DNA from: Archaeoglobaceae archaeon
GTDB taxonomy: Archaea; Halobacteriota; Archaeoglobi; Archaeoglobales; Archaeoglobaceae
Length of the DNA: 64,000 nt
Assembly: GCA_025058735.1 (NCBI GenBank)
Contig: JANXDX010000003.1
Coordinates: forward strand, 69,796 to 133,795
Direction: 5' to 3'
The translations under genes were made by a program, and so were the position numbers. Each line of letters starts with the position of its first letter. Within the stretch, counting starts at the first letter, position 1. Below, piece after piece: positions 39,830-49,053 of the stretch. The notes below the pieces were generated by a model that saw nothing but the letters and a program-made list of their open reading frames with translations, was not told the origin of the DNA and made no database searches.

Positions 39830-40741
39830 TTGAGTGTGGAAGCTATAGAGTGCAGAGATGTCTGGATGATCTACAAGACTTTTTTAGAGAGAGAAACTGT
39901 AGCTCTTCAAGGAGTAAACTTGAAAATAGAACAGGGAGAAATATTTGGAATCCTAGGACCAAATGGAGCTGGAAAAACTACTTTGATATCAATAATGTCA
40001 ACAATACTAGTTCCAACAAAAGGAGAAGTAAAAATCTTAGGTTTAGATGCTTTCAAAAACACAAAATTTGTTAGAAGGAAGATAAACATAGCTAGTGGAA
40101 GTAGGATGCCTTGGGGACTGAGAGTTTACGAGTGCTTGAAGTTCTATGCAATGTGCTATGGAATAAAAGATGACAAAAAAGTTGAAGAACTGCTTGAGAT
40201 GTTTGAGTTAAAGGATCACAGAAATTTAAGGTTCGATGAACTTTCTGCAGGAAATAGACAGAAGTTGAACTTAGCAAGGGCTTTGCTAAACGATCCAGAA
40301 ATAATTTTTCTTGATGAGCCAACAGCTAACCTTGATCCAGATGTTGCAAAAAGGATAAGGGAATTCATATTGGACTTGAACGAGAAAGGTAAAACCGTAG
40401 TACTAACTACACACAACATGAGAGAAGCTGAAAAACTCTGCGATAGGATAGCTTTTTTGAAAGGTGGAAAAGTTTATGCAGTTGGAGATTTAAATTATTT
40501 TAAAAAATTAATAAAAAAGAGAGAAAAGATAGTTGTCGAATTCAGCGGTGAAGTTGACCTGAAAAGCTTAAAGTACCCTTACGAACTCGACGGTAATAAG
40601 TTAACAGTTTTTGTTGAAGACTCTGAAAAGGAGATCGTAGATTTAATGGTAAAGTTGCAAGGATCGAAGATTGAATCGATAAAAGTTGAAGGTGTTACGC
40701 TTGAAGATGTTTTTATCGAGATTGCAAAACTTCGCTATTGA
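39830..40741 (+). CDS. ABC transporter ATP-binding protein (ABC-2/DrrA-like subfamily)
   Basis: Walker A GPNGAGKTT, signature LSAGNRQKLNLA and Walker B IIFLDEP. TTG start. Confidence 0.85.
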   Translation: MSVEAIECRDVWMIYKTFLERETVALQGVNLKIEQGEIFGILGPNGAGKTTLISIMSTILVPTKGEVKILGLDAFKNTKFVRRKINIASGSRMPWGLRVYECLKFYAMCYGIKDDKKVEELLEMFELKDHRNLRFDELSAGNRQKLNLARALLNDPEIIFLDEPTANLDPDVAKRIREFILDLNEKGKTVVLTTHNMREAEKLCDRIAFLKGGKVYAVGDLNYFKKLIKKREKIVVEFSGEVDLKSLKYPYELDGNKLTVFVEDSEKEIVDLMVKLQGSKIESIKVEGVTLEDVFIEIAKLRY

Positions 40742-41498
40742 AACTTTTGCGTTCACTTACAGAAACTACTGCTTAACTAAGAACGAATTCTACGCTCTAT
40801 TCGAAATGCTTTTCTGGCCGATCATAACTTTGTTCACGATCGGTCTGCTTGGAGTTCATCTAAACCTCAGCAGCGATGAGATCTCGTACATACTGATCGG
40901 TATAATAGTTTACACGATCGTTCAAATAACTCAAATAGATGTAGCCTACGTAATGCTTTTGGACATGTGGAGTTTGAGTTTAGCTTATTCAGTAGTAACT
41001 CCTGTACAATTTTACAAGAAGTTTTTTGGCGCATGGATCTTTGGAATTTTTAGAGCATCTATAGCTTTTGTTCTTATGATCGCAATAAGTGAGAGGATGT
41101 TCAACTTTGTTCTGAAAGTTCCAATAGATTCTCTGCTCCTTTTCCTTTTAGGAATATTCCTTTCAGCAATGCTCGTTGGAATTTTCAACTGTATATTGAT
41201 CTTAACTTTCGGTAGGAGGTCTGAGATATTTGCCTGGACATTATCTGGTATAATAATGATTTTCTGTGGTATATATTATCCAGTAGAAATTCTACCAGAA
41301 CCGTTCAGAACTTTAGGATTACTCATACCTATAACTCACTTCTTAGAATACTTCAGAAGTTTCTATGGACTTGGAAGAGATCTTTTGCTTTTAGGATATA
41401 TAGAAGTAATCTTGTACTTGATAATTTTAACATTTTTAGCTGAAATTTCTCTAAAAAGAGCTAGAAAGACTGGGCTCGTTTTAAAACTCTCAAGCTAG
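40686..41498 (+). CDS. ABC-2 type transporter permease
   Basis: Six hydrophobic helices, immediately after the ATPase. The exact start is uncertain because the ORF overlaps the ATPase gene by 56 nt. Confidence 0.65.
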   Translation: MKVLRLKMFLSRLQNFAIETFAFTYRNYCLTKNEFYALFEMLFWPIITLFTIGLLGVHLNLSSDEISYILIGIIVYTIVQITQIDVAYVMLLDMWSLSLAYSVVTPVQFYKKFFGAWIFGIFRASIAFVLMIAISERMFNFVLKVPIDSLLLFLLGIFLSAMLVGIFNCILILTFGRRSEIFAWTLSGIIMIFCGIYYPVEILPEPFRTLGLLIPITHFLEYFRSFYGLGRDLLLLGYIEVILYLIILTFLAEISLKRARKTGLVLKLSS

Positions 41499-41815
41499 CT
41501 TTCCAAAACAATTTCTATGTTAACATCTCTTGGAATCTGTATCCTCATTATTTGCCTCAAAGCCCTTTCATCTGCAGCTATATCGATCAATCTCCTATGG
41601 ATCCTCATTTCCCAATGATCCCATGTATTTGTCCCTTCTCCATCTGGAGATTTCCTCACAGGTACTACGAGTTTTCTAGTTGGTAAAGGAACTGGGCCAC
41701 TTATAGTTACTCCAGTTTTCGTTGCGATCTCTTTTATCTGTCTGCAAAGCTTATCGAGCTCATTTGGATCAAGGCCTGATAATCTTATTCTAGCCCTTGG
41801 AGGTTTTACGACCAT
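41495..41815 (-). CDS. rps10: 30S ribosomal protein S10 (uS10)
   Basis: ARIRLSG...[10 protein letters not shown]...RIHRRLIDI is the typical S10 pattern, directly downstream of tuf. Confidence 0.9.
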   Translation of the reverse strand: MVVKPPRARIRLSGLDPNELDKLCRQIKEIATKTGVTISGPVPLPTRKLVVPVRKSPDGEGTNTWDHWEMRIHRRLIDIAADERALRQIMRIQIPRDVNIEIVLES

Positions 41816-41843
41816 AAAAACACCAAAAAAATTTAAAATAAAT

Positions 41844-43115
41844 TTACTTCCTGCGAGTAACTTCTAATACCATTCCAGCTCCAATAGTCATTCCCATGTC
41901 TCTTATAGCAAACCTTCCCAATGGTGGAAAATCTCTTACCCTCTCAATTACCATCGGTTTTGTAGGTTCAAGTTTCACTACAGCCACATCTCCAGTTTTC
42001 AAGAACTGCGGATTCTCCTCCTTAGTTTGACCAGTCTTAGGATCTACTTTCTTTAAAAGTTCAACGAACTTGCAGGCAACTTGAGCTGTATGTGCATGTA
42101 TCACAGGAGTGTAGCCAACTGTTATTGCAGTTGGATGCTGTAGTATAACTACTTGTGCTGTAAAATCTTTAACAACAGTTGGAGGATTCGTTGGATGACC
42201 AGCTACATCTCCTCTCCTCAGATCTTTCTTTGCAACACCTCTAACGTTAAATCCTATGTTGTCTCCTGGATAAGCTTCAGGTATTGGTTCGTGGTGCATT
42301 TCTATGCTTTTAACTTCTCCTATTATACTTGGTGGTTCAAATATTACTTTGTCTCCAACTTTAAGAACTCCAGTTTCTACTCTTCCGACTGGAACAGTTC
42401 CTACACCGCTTATCGAATAAACGTCTTGTACAGGTATTCTTAAAGGCTTATCTACTAGTTTTTGAGGTGGTTTAAGTAGATCGAACGCTTCGTACAAAGT
42501 TGGCCCGTTGTACCATGGCATCTTTTCGCTTTTCTTCAGCACGTTTGGACCGTAGTAGGCTGAAACTGGAATGAAGTTAATCTCTTCAACTTTGTACCCT
42601 ACCATTTTCAAGAGCTTGGAAACATCACTCTTGCAAGCTTCGTAATCTTCTTTCTTGTAATTAACTTTGTCCATCTTGTTTACACAGACGATCAGTTGAT
42701 TTATTCCAAGAGTTCTTGCTAAAAATACGTGCTCTCTCGTCTGTGGTTGTACCTTTTCTACTACGTCCACAACTAAAACTGCAGCATCTGCTTGAGATGC
42801 ACCTGTTATCATGTTTTTAACGAAGTCCCTGTGTCCCGGGCAATCAACTATTGTTATCGTATACTTAGGAGTTTCTAGCTTTCTGTGAGATATATCTATC
42901 GTAATTCCTCTCTCTCTTTCCTCCTTAAGCTTATCCATTACCCAAGCAAATTCAAAAGTAGCTTTTCCTTTTTCTTGAGCTTCCTGCTTAAGTTTTTCGA
43001 TCACATGTTCAGGCACTTCACCAAGCTCGTACAGTAGCCTACCTATCATTGTACTTTTTCCTGAATCAACGTGTCCTATGAAGGCTATGTTGATGTGTTC
43101 CTTTTCTTTAGGCAT
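41844..43115 (-). CDS. tuf: Translation elongation factor EF-1 alpha
   Basis: [17 protein letters not shown] and NKMD are present. The start is placed at [14 protein letters not shown] (ATG 43115, GGAGGT upstream). The longer track ORF adds 22 implausible residues. Confidence 0.95.
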   Translation of the reverse strand: MPKEKEHINIAFIGHVDSGKSTMIGRLLYELGEVPEHVIEKLKQEAQEKGKATFEFAWVMDKLKEERERGITIDISHRKLETPKYTITIVDCPGHRDFVKNMITGASQADAAVLVVDVVEKVQPQTREHVFLARTLGINQLIVCVNKMDKVNYKKEDYEACKSDVSKLLKMVGYKVEEINFIPVSAYYGPNVLKKSEKMPWYNGPTLYEAFDLLKPPQKLVDKPLRIPVQDVYSISGVGTVPVGRVETGVLKVGDKVIFEPPSIIGEVKSIEMHHEPIPEAYPGDNIGFNVRGVAKKDLRRGDVAGHPTNPPTVVKDFTAQVVILQHPTAITVGYTPVIHAHTAQVACKFVELLKKVDPKTGQTKEENPQFLKTGDVAVVKLEPTKPMVIERVRDFPPLGRFAIRDMGMTIGAGMVLEVTRRK

Positions 43116-43208
43116 TTGCATCAACCTCCATACGATTTTTCTAGTTTTCAGCAGAACGATATATAAAACTTTCAGTAACAAAAAATTTAGTTCATATTAT
43201 ATTTTTAT

Positions 43209-43459
43209 GGGAGTGGCGGCCGTAAGCCCCTTTTTGTTCCGGCGGCATCAGTCTAAGCGGCTTCTTAGCCTTGCACCCTGCGGGGACGGTTCGTTTCAAC
43301 CGGTCTAGATGACCTCATCTTTCCAGAATCATCGCCTTTCTCTAGACCGGTATCGTTTCTGTACCGGAGCCGTACCTTTCGGTACATCCCCTTGCGGGGA
43401 TCCGCATTTAAGGGTGAGGGGACTTTCCTCCTTTCGGTAAGCCGCCCACCGCCACTCCC
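43209..43459 (-). ncRNA. rnpB: RNase P RNA (short archaeal form)
   Basis: A G+C-rich island in AT-rich surroundings. On the minus strand there is an 11-bp terminal helix GGGAGUGGCGG/CCGCCACUCCC, CR-I GAGGAAAGUCC, ACAGAAA, and a 3'-proximal ACAAAAAGGGGCUUAC. AAG-U-CCCC can pair with GGGGCUU to form P4 with the conserved bulged U. Confidence 0.85.
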
Positions 43460-43515
43460 ATAAGTATTTATCACTCTTCAATTTAACTTTTTGGTTTATA
43501 AGAAATTTAACACAG

Positions 43516-44373
43516 CTACATGTTGTAATACATAAACTTTACAAGATCCCTTTCAGTTATAATACCTTCAAGCTTTGCATCCTCAACTATCAAGGCACTC
43601 CCATAACCCTTCTCAAGCATCGTTTTTACGATCAAGGATATCGGTGTATCTGGCGGGAAAGTTAGTATCTCTCTATGGTGAACGTCTTTGCTTGCTAAAA
43701 GTGTTGCTACACTTATCTCTATGGCATCTTTTATGTTTCCACTTATCAGCATCTTGAAAGCTTCACCCTTTCCAAAGTACCTTAGAACATCTCTTACTGT
43801 TACCATACCTATAAGTACTCCATCTTCAATCACTGGCAACCTTCTAAGCTTCCTCTGCACCATCGTCTCCATAGCTTTTTTCAAAGTATCTTTGGGTCTT
43901 ATCGTCACGACTCCCTTCGTCATGTACTTTTCAACAACATCATCTACATAACTCTTCGCAGCCAAGTGCTTCAAAACATCTTTTTCCGTTATTATACCTA
44001 CAACTCTGTTCTCCTTATCAACTATAGGACATCCTCCAACTTTTTTCTCAAACATCGTTTCCACTGCGTCTCTGAAACTCGTATCATCTCTAACAAAGAT
44101 GACGTTCTTTTCCATTATTTCCTCAACTTTAGCGTTGATTGCAGCAACTAAGTTGCCGCTGTACTTTACACTTACAAAACTGTACTTTTTACCTCCTCCA
44201 AAAAGGTTGACAAAGTCTGTTGCAGAAATTATACCTTCCAATCTCTTTGTTCCAGCATCTGTAATCGGAATTCTCCTAAATCTCTTGCTTATCATCATCT
44301 TTATCGCATTCATTATCGTTGAAGATCTTGGTATAGTGAAAACTTCTCTAGTACCGACATCTAAAGCTCTCAA
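43516..44373 (-). CDS. CBS-domain protein (four CBS repeats, two Bateman modules)
   Basis: Four repeats of the CBS pattern (e.g. RRIPITD..LEGIISATD, GGCPIVDKENRVVGIITEKD, RRLPVIEDGVLIGMVTVRD). Confidence 0.75.
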   Translation of the reverse strand: MRALDVGTREVFTIPRSSTIMNAIKMMISKRFRRIPITDAGTKRLEGIISATDFVNLFGGGKKYSFVSVKYSGNLVAAINAKVEEIMEKNVIFVRDDTSFRDAVETMFEKKVGGCPIVDKENRVVGIITEKDVLKHLAAKSYVDDVVEKYMTKGVVTIRPKDTLKKAMETMVQRKLRRLPVIEDGVLIGMVTVRDVLRYFGKGEAFKMLISGNIKDAIEISVATLLASKDVHHREILTFPPDTPISLIVKTMLEKGYGSALIVEDAKLEGIITERDLVKFMYYNM

Positions 44374-44918
44374 TCTTCTTCACACTCCTCGCAAACGTTC
44401 AATCCGTTGACGTTTTTAAGCATGTCAGTATGTTTCCCGCACTTTTCACATATCCCTCCTATCTCCTCTTCCTCAACAGCATAACCAGTCGAGGCTTCTG
44501 TAATAAGGGCTGCAAATTCTCCTAGGTCTATTGAAACTTCAAGTATATCGTTGTCCGTTATTATTCCAACGAGTTTTCCACTGTTGTTTACTACAGGTAA
44601 TCTTCTTATTCCTTTTCTGATCATAACTTTTGCAGCATCCCTTAAGCTTGTCATAGGAGTTATCGTGACAAGAGGGAACGACATTATCTCTTCAACTTTA
44701 ACTTCAGATGGTTTTTTGTTTCTTGCTATGACTTTAGCTATCAGATCTTTCTCTGTAACTATACCTATTGGTCTTTCTTCTTCCACAACTACAGCACTTC
44801 CAACTCCAAATTCTATCAACTTCCTTGCAAGTTCATCTATTTTTGCATCTTTCTTGATCGTACAAACCTCTCTGGTCATCACTTCTTTTACTGGAATGTC
44901 AGTTTGCATTTTCATCAC
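44370..44918 (-). CDS. CBS-pair protein with a C-terminal zinc ribbon
   Basis: Two CBS repeats, then CEKCGK-x14-CEECEED. ATGA-type overlap with the downstream CBS gene. Confidence 0.75.
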   Translation of the reverse strand: MMKMQTDIPVKEVMTREVCTIKKDAKIDELARKLIEFGVGSAVVVEEERPIGIVTEKDLIAKVIARNKKPSEVKVEEIMSFPLVTITPMTSLRDAAKVMIRKGIRRLPVVNNSGKLVGIITDNDILEVSIDLGEFAALITEASTGYAVEEEEIGGICEKCGKHTDMLKNVNGLNVCEECEED

Positions 44919-45170
44919 CTAATTAGCTATCTACGGTAGCCTTAAAATCTTTTTCCAAATATGAAAATTCGCTTTTTTTGACTAAATTTGTTAGAAAAGT
45001 CTTTAAAAAAATTTTTGTTGTCAAGTTTAAACTTTTTTTGCTTCTAGCAAGCTTTTAGATTAGGAATAAGTTTTAAATAATTAATAATATTAAACTTTAT
45101 TAATATAAAATTTTATTGGAAATATTAAAAAATACTTTACACCCCACAGCTCAATTCCTTAGCGACTCAA

Positions 45171-45183
45171 AAAGTATTTAATT
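45171..45183 (+). promoter_or_regulatory. TATA-box-like element upstream of the Fe-S/fwdB/fwdD cluster (possibly leaderless)
   Basis: AAAGTATTTAATT is centred about 26 nt upstream of the ATG at 45203, and no Shine-Dalgarno lies between them. Inference only. Confidence 0.3.
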
Positions 45184-45202
45184 TTCTCTTTGGACAACCT
45201 TT

Positions 45203-45670
45203 ATGCCGATCAGTCCAATGGACATCTATAAACTTCTACCGAAGACAAACTGTAAAAAATGCGGAGAAATGACGTGCATGAGTTTTGCCTTCAAGCTTTT
45301 AAACAAAGAAAAAAAACTTGAAGATTGTAAACCACTTTTTGAAGAGAAAAAGTACGAAAAACAGAAAGAAAAGTTGATAGAAATCCTTAAACCACTTGAA
45401 AAAGCTAAAGAAACAGGTTTGATAGTGAACGAAGATCTGTGCAACGGCTGTGGGAACTGTGTAGTAGCATGTCCGGTCCACGTTGAAAGAGATCCACACG
45501 GTGCTATGATCGGTAAGATCTCTTCAGACGATGCAATTTTAAGAATAGAAAATGGAAAAGTTAGAGTTTTGAATCTAGAAATATGTAGGAGATATGGAAA
45601 AAATAGAATACTCTGCATCGTCTGCAGAGAAAACTGTCCAACAGATGCAATAAGTTTCCTGGAGGGATAA
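45203..45670 (+). CDS. Iron-sulfur protein: RnfB/CdhE-type N-terminal Fe-S domain fused to a 2x[4Fe-4S] ferredoxin domain
   Basis: The N-terminus DIYKLLPKTNCKKCGEMTCMSFAFKLL...DCKP resembles the putative Fe-S domain of RnfB and corrinoid Fe-S protein N-termini. It is followed by CNGCGNCVVACP and CIVCRENCP. Confidence 0.7.
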   Translation: MPISPMDIYKLLPKTNCKKCGEMTCMSFAFKLLNKEKKLEDCKPLFEEKKYEKQKEKLIEILKPLEKAKETGLIVNEDLCNGCGNCVVACPVHVERDPHGAMIGKISSDDAILRIENGKVRVLNLEICRRYGKNRILCIVCRENCPTDAISFLEG

Positions 45671-45671
45671 A

Positions 45672-46862
45672 ATGATCTGTACAGGCTGCTCATGTCTTTG
45701 CGATGATGTAGAAATTAGAGATGGAAAAATTTTGAACGCCTGCTACAGAGGTTACAAGGTCTATTCAAAGTTGAGCGAAAATAGAGCTAGAGCTCTAGTA
45801 GATAGAAGAGAAGTTAGTGTTGATGATGCAATAGAGAAAGCAGTTGAAATCCTTGGCCAAGCTAAAAATCCTGCTCTTTATGGATTTGATACAACAACGG
45901 TTGAAGCACAAGAAGTTGCTGTAAAAATTGCAGAAAAGTTGAACGCCTTCATAGATGACAACTCCTCTTTCTGTTTAGGAGAAGTAGTTGAAGCTATTTT
46001 GAAAAAAGATGTGCCTTCAACTACTCTTGAAGATGTTAGAGATCAAGCTTATGTAATATTCTACTGGGGAGCGAATCCTTACAGCAGCGCTCCTAGACAC
46101 ATGTCAAAGTTCACATACTATCCTAGGGGGATGAAGAGGTTGAAGGGGTATGAGGATCGATTTCTCGTAGTTGTAGATGTCAGAAGAAGTGAAACTGCAA
46201 AACTTGCAAAAAAGAATGCAATTTTCATAAAAGTTGAAAGTGATGATGAACTAGTAGAAAGCTTTAATTTAGCTTTGGAGGGAAAAGCAGGAAAGTATGC
46301 TAAAGAAGTTGGAACTGTAATTACTGAACTGAAAAGATCGGATTTCAACGCAATGTTCGTAGGCCTTGGATTGAAGTATGGAGTAAGAAATCTTGACGGA
46401 TTCTTTGAAATGATCAGAAAGATCAACAGAGTTGCAAAACTTTACCTGATCCCATCTGCTTTCCATTCAAACATGAGGGGCTTCAATGAAGTTTTGTTTG
46501 AGAAAACAGGATCTATAAACAAGTTCAGTTTTAAAGAGCAGAGAAGTGACAAACTTTTTGCATTCACAGAGTTGCTGAAGAGAGATGAAATTGATGCTGT
46601 CCTTTTACTTGGTACAGATCCTCTTTCCTCGATACCTTTCGAGATCTCTAAAAAGATTATGAGGATTAAAACAGTAGTAGTTGATCCCAAGATGAGTTTG
46701 ACTGCGAAGATCGCAAAGGTCGTAGTGCCTTCAGCGTTTTCAGGCTTCGAAAGCTCTGGAACTATGGTTAGAAGTGATGGTGTAAGAAAAAGACTTGAAC
46801 CGATAGAAGAGAAAGAAGTAAACGATCTTTGGATCCTTAAAAAAATTTCTGAGGGATTGTGA
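45672..46862 (+). CDS. fwdB: Formylmethanofuran dehydrogenase subunit B (molybdopterin-binding)
   Basis: N-terminal CTGCSCLCDD cluster motif, formate-dehydrogenase-like body of about 400 aa, followed by fwdD. Confidence 0.8.
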   Translation: MICTGCSCLCDDVEIRDGKILNACYRGYKVYSKLSENRARALVDRREVSVDDAIEKAVEILGQAKNPALYGFDTTTVEAQEVAVKIAEKLNAFIDDNSSFCLGEVVEAILKKDVPSTTLEDVRDQAYVIFYWGANPYSSAPRHMSKFTYYPRGMKRLKGYEDRFLVVVDVRRSETAKLAKKNAIFIKVESDDELVESFNLALEGKAGKYAKEVGTVITELKRSDFNAMFVGLGLKYGVRNLDGFFEMIRKINRVAKLYLIPSAFHSNMRGFNEVLFEKTGSINKFSFKEQRSDKLFAFTELLKRDEIDAVLLLGTDPLSSIPFEISKKIMRIKTVVVDPKMSLTAKIAKVVVPSAFSGFESSGTMVRSDGVRKRLEPIEEKEVNDLWILKKISEGL

Positions 46863-47191
46863 TGCTCAGGATATCTAAGTTTTTGAAGTTTGAAGTTGAA
46901 GTTTTAGTTGTAAGAGATTCCCTGAACGAAGGTGCTGTAATATTTTTCCACCCAGAATTTGCGAAAAAGATCGGGATAAAGGAGAATGACTTAGTGGAAG
47001 TTAGTAAGGGAGATAAAGTTTTAAGGCTTAGAGCTAAATTATCTAACTTTGCACCAGAGAACGGAGCTTACATGCCAAACAACATTTTTTCAAGCTATTT
47101 TACTGAAAACAATTTCAAAAAGTTTAAAGCAAACGTTGAAATAGCAGATGGAAAGGAGAGTACAGTTGAAGAGATCTTAGATAGCCTCTGA
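46859..47191 (+). CDS. fwdD: Formylmethanofuran dehydrogenase subunit D (molybdopterin dinucleotide-binding barrel)
   Basis: About 110 aa, GTGA-type overlap with fwdB. The pattern ...VVRDSLNEGAVIFFHPEFAKKIGIKENDLVEV... fits the small beta-barrel domain. Confidence 0.7.
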   Translation: MMLRISKFLKFEVEVLVVRDSLNEGAVIFFHPEFAKKIGIKENDLVEVSKGDKVLRLRAKLSNFAPENGAYMPNNIFSSYFTENNFKKFKANVEIADGKESTVEEILDSL

Positions 47192-47325
47192 AACGGGTGA
47201 ACTCATCACCTCTCAGTGCGGGCTACAATCGTCATCGGCACAACAAGTTGAATTTAAAGTATAAAGCTTTTGTTGTATATAAGTTTTTGGGAAAAAATTC
47301 TTAATCTAGAACAATTTTTCATTAA

Positions 47326-47397
47326 GGGCTCGTGGGGTAGCGGACATCCTTGGGGCTTCCGGAGCCCCAGATCCGGGTTCAACTCCCGGCGAGCCCG
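47326..47397 (+). tRNA. tRNA-Arg (anticodon CCG)
   Basis: GGGCTCG/CGAGCCC acceptor, anticodon stem GGGGC/GCCCC with loop TTCCGGA, T arm CCGGG-TTCAACT-CCCGG, discriminator G. Same architecture as the tRNA at 11746. Confidence 0.9.
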
Positions 47398-47403
47398 TAA
47401 ATT

Positions 47404-48786
47404 ATGTTTGAACAAATATATGATAAAGCAAATAAAATAGCAAAGGAAATTTTAAAGCAAAAAGAAGTACTTGTCGTTACCCACATAGATGCAGATGGAA
47501 TTACTTCTGGAGCAATAGCTTATGAATCTTTAAAAAGGGCCGAAATAGATGTAGAAATAGAGTTTGTAAAACAACTTGGAGATGATGAAGTTGAAAAGAT
47601 AAAAGATAGAAACAAGTTTACCTGGTTCACAGATCTTGGAAGTGGACAGATAGATAAACTAAAAGATCTAAGCTTTGCGATAACAGATCATCATGTACCG
47701 ATTTCAACTCATAAAATGCAGCTGAATCCAAACGATTTTGGTCTAGATGGAACTATTGAGCTGAGCGGAGCTGGAACTACTTTTTTAGTTGCATCGAGGT
47801 TGAAGAAAAGAAGATCGATCTTCGATTTCTTCGATACAAACCTCGACCTTTTAAAACTGGCGATAGTTGGAGCAGTAGGAGATCTTCAAGACTCAGTTTA
47901 CTGCAAACTTGTAGGTTTAAACAGGAAGTTGCTTGAAAAAGCTGTAAGAAATAGAATTGTTGAAGTTGTCAAAGATCTAAGATTTTTTGGAAAACAAACA
48001 AGACCAATCGTCAAAATGCTTGAATACAACAACGATCCAGTAATTCCTGGGATAAGTGGGGAAGAGAATAACTGCTTGAATCTTTTAAAACTCCTAAACA
48101 TAGATCCATGGAAACGCTGGATAGAGACTAGTTTTGAAGAAAAGAGAAAGATAATCTCTGAACTTGTGAAGATATGTATAAATTATGGAATGCATCCAGA
48201 AAAGATCTACAGATTAGTTGGAGAATGCTACATACTGCTCGATGAAGTAGAGGGAACAGAGAAAAGGGATGCAATGGAATTTTCAACACTTTTAAATGCA
48301 ACTGCAAGGTATGGACAAGAGGAGGTCGGTTTAAGAGTTTGCTTAGGAGAAGATGAAGCTTTTAGAAAAGCTAGAAATTTGTTACAAAACCACAGAAAAG
48401 TTTTGTCTAGTGGATTGAAGTTGGTCGAAGAGATAGGAGTTGAAGAACTTGAAAATATACAGTTTTTCCATGCAGAAGATGAAATTCCAGATACAGTCGT
48501 TGGAATAGTTGCTGGAATTGTTTTGAACAAGATAAATCAAGAGAAACCAATAGTAGCTTTTGCAAGGTCTGATAAAGGAGTTAAGGTTTCTGCAAGAGCG
48601 AACAAAAAACTCTTAGATCTTGGACTGAACTTAGCTGAAGCAATAAAAATAGCTGCAGAAAAAGTTGGAGGAAGTGGAGGAGGACATAAGATTGCTGCAG
48701 GAGCTACAATTCCTGAAGGAAAAGAGGAAGCTTTTCTTATAATTTTAAACGAAATAATAGCTGAGCAGCTAAAAGTTGGTAAATAG
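47404..48786 (+). CDS. DHH/DHHA1 phosphoesterase, archaeal RecJ/GAN (Cdc45-like) nuclease family
   Basis: DHH motifs THIDADGITSG, ITDHH and DHHA1 GGGGHKIAAGA, about 460 aa as in archaeal RecJ-like proteins. Confidence 0.75.
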   Translation: MFEQIYDKANKIAKEILKQKEVLVVTHIDADGITSGAIAYESLKRAEIDVEIEFVKQLGDDEVEKIKDRNKFTWFTDLGSGQIDKLKDLSFAITDHHVPISTHKMQLNPNDFGLDGTIELSGAGTTFLVASRLKKRRSIFDFFDTNLDLLKLAIVGAVGDLQDSVYCKLVGLNRKLLEKAVRNRIVEVVKDLRFFGKQTRPIVKMLEYNNDPVIPGISGEENNCLNLLKLLNIDPWKRWIETSFEEKRKIISELVKICINYGMHPEKIYRLVGECYILLDEVEGTEKRDAMEFSTLLNATARYGQEEVGLRVCLGEDEAFRKARNLLQNHRKVLSSGLKLVEEIGVEELENIQFFHAEDEIPDTVVGIVAGIVLNKINQEKPIVAFARSDKGVKVSARANKKLLDLGLNLAEAIKIAAEKVGGSGGGHKIAAGATIPEGKEEAFLIILNEIIAEQLKVGK

Positions 48787-48813
48787 ATTTAAATACAGAA
48801 TACAACTCTTAAC

Positions 48814-49053
48814 ATGGTAAAAGATCGAGAGCATCATGAAAGGCTTTTCAAAGCTTCAATGAATCCAATAAGGAGAAAAATAATCGCAACTATAGGACTT
48901 AAAGGGAAAACTAGAGAAGATTTAAAAAAAGAACTTGATTTAACTGATTTTCAGCTTAAATTTAACATAGATTGGTTGATAAAGGAGGGTTTCGTGAAAG
49001 AGGAGAATGGAGAACTTATCTTAACTGAAGAGGGTTTGGAATTACTTAAGTAA
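48814..49053 (+). CDS. Small winged-helix (ArsR-like) DNA-binding protein
   Basis: 79 aa. NPIRRKIIATI...TREDLKKEL...QLKFNIDWLIKEGFV has a wHTH pattern. Confidence 0.5.
   Translation: MVKDREHHERLFKASMNPIRRKIIATIGLKGKTREDLKKELDLTDFQLKFNIDWLIKEGFVKEENGELILTEEGLELLK

Noticed and set aside
41844-43181. 445-aa version of EF-1 alpha starting at 43181
   Set aside because: The extra 22 residues are hydrophobic/basic junk upstream of the universally conserved MPKEK...[10 protein letters not shown]-terminus, and the Shine-Dalgarno GGAGGT precedes the internal ATG at 43115.
43265-43474. 69-aa ORF on the minus strand (MINTYGSGGGRLTERRK...)
   Set aside because: It lies entirely within the RNase P RNA gene. 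Its G+C-rich, Arg/Gly/Pro-rich translation is a by-product of the structured RNA, with no Shine-Dalgarno or promoter context.
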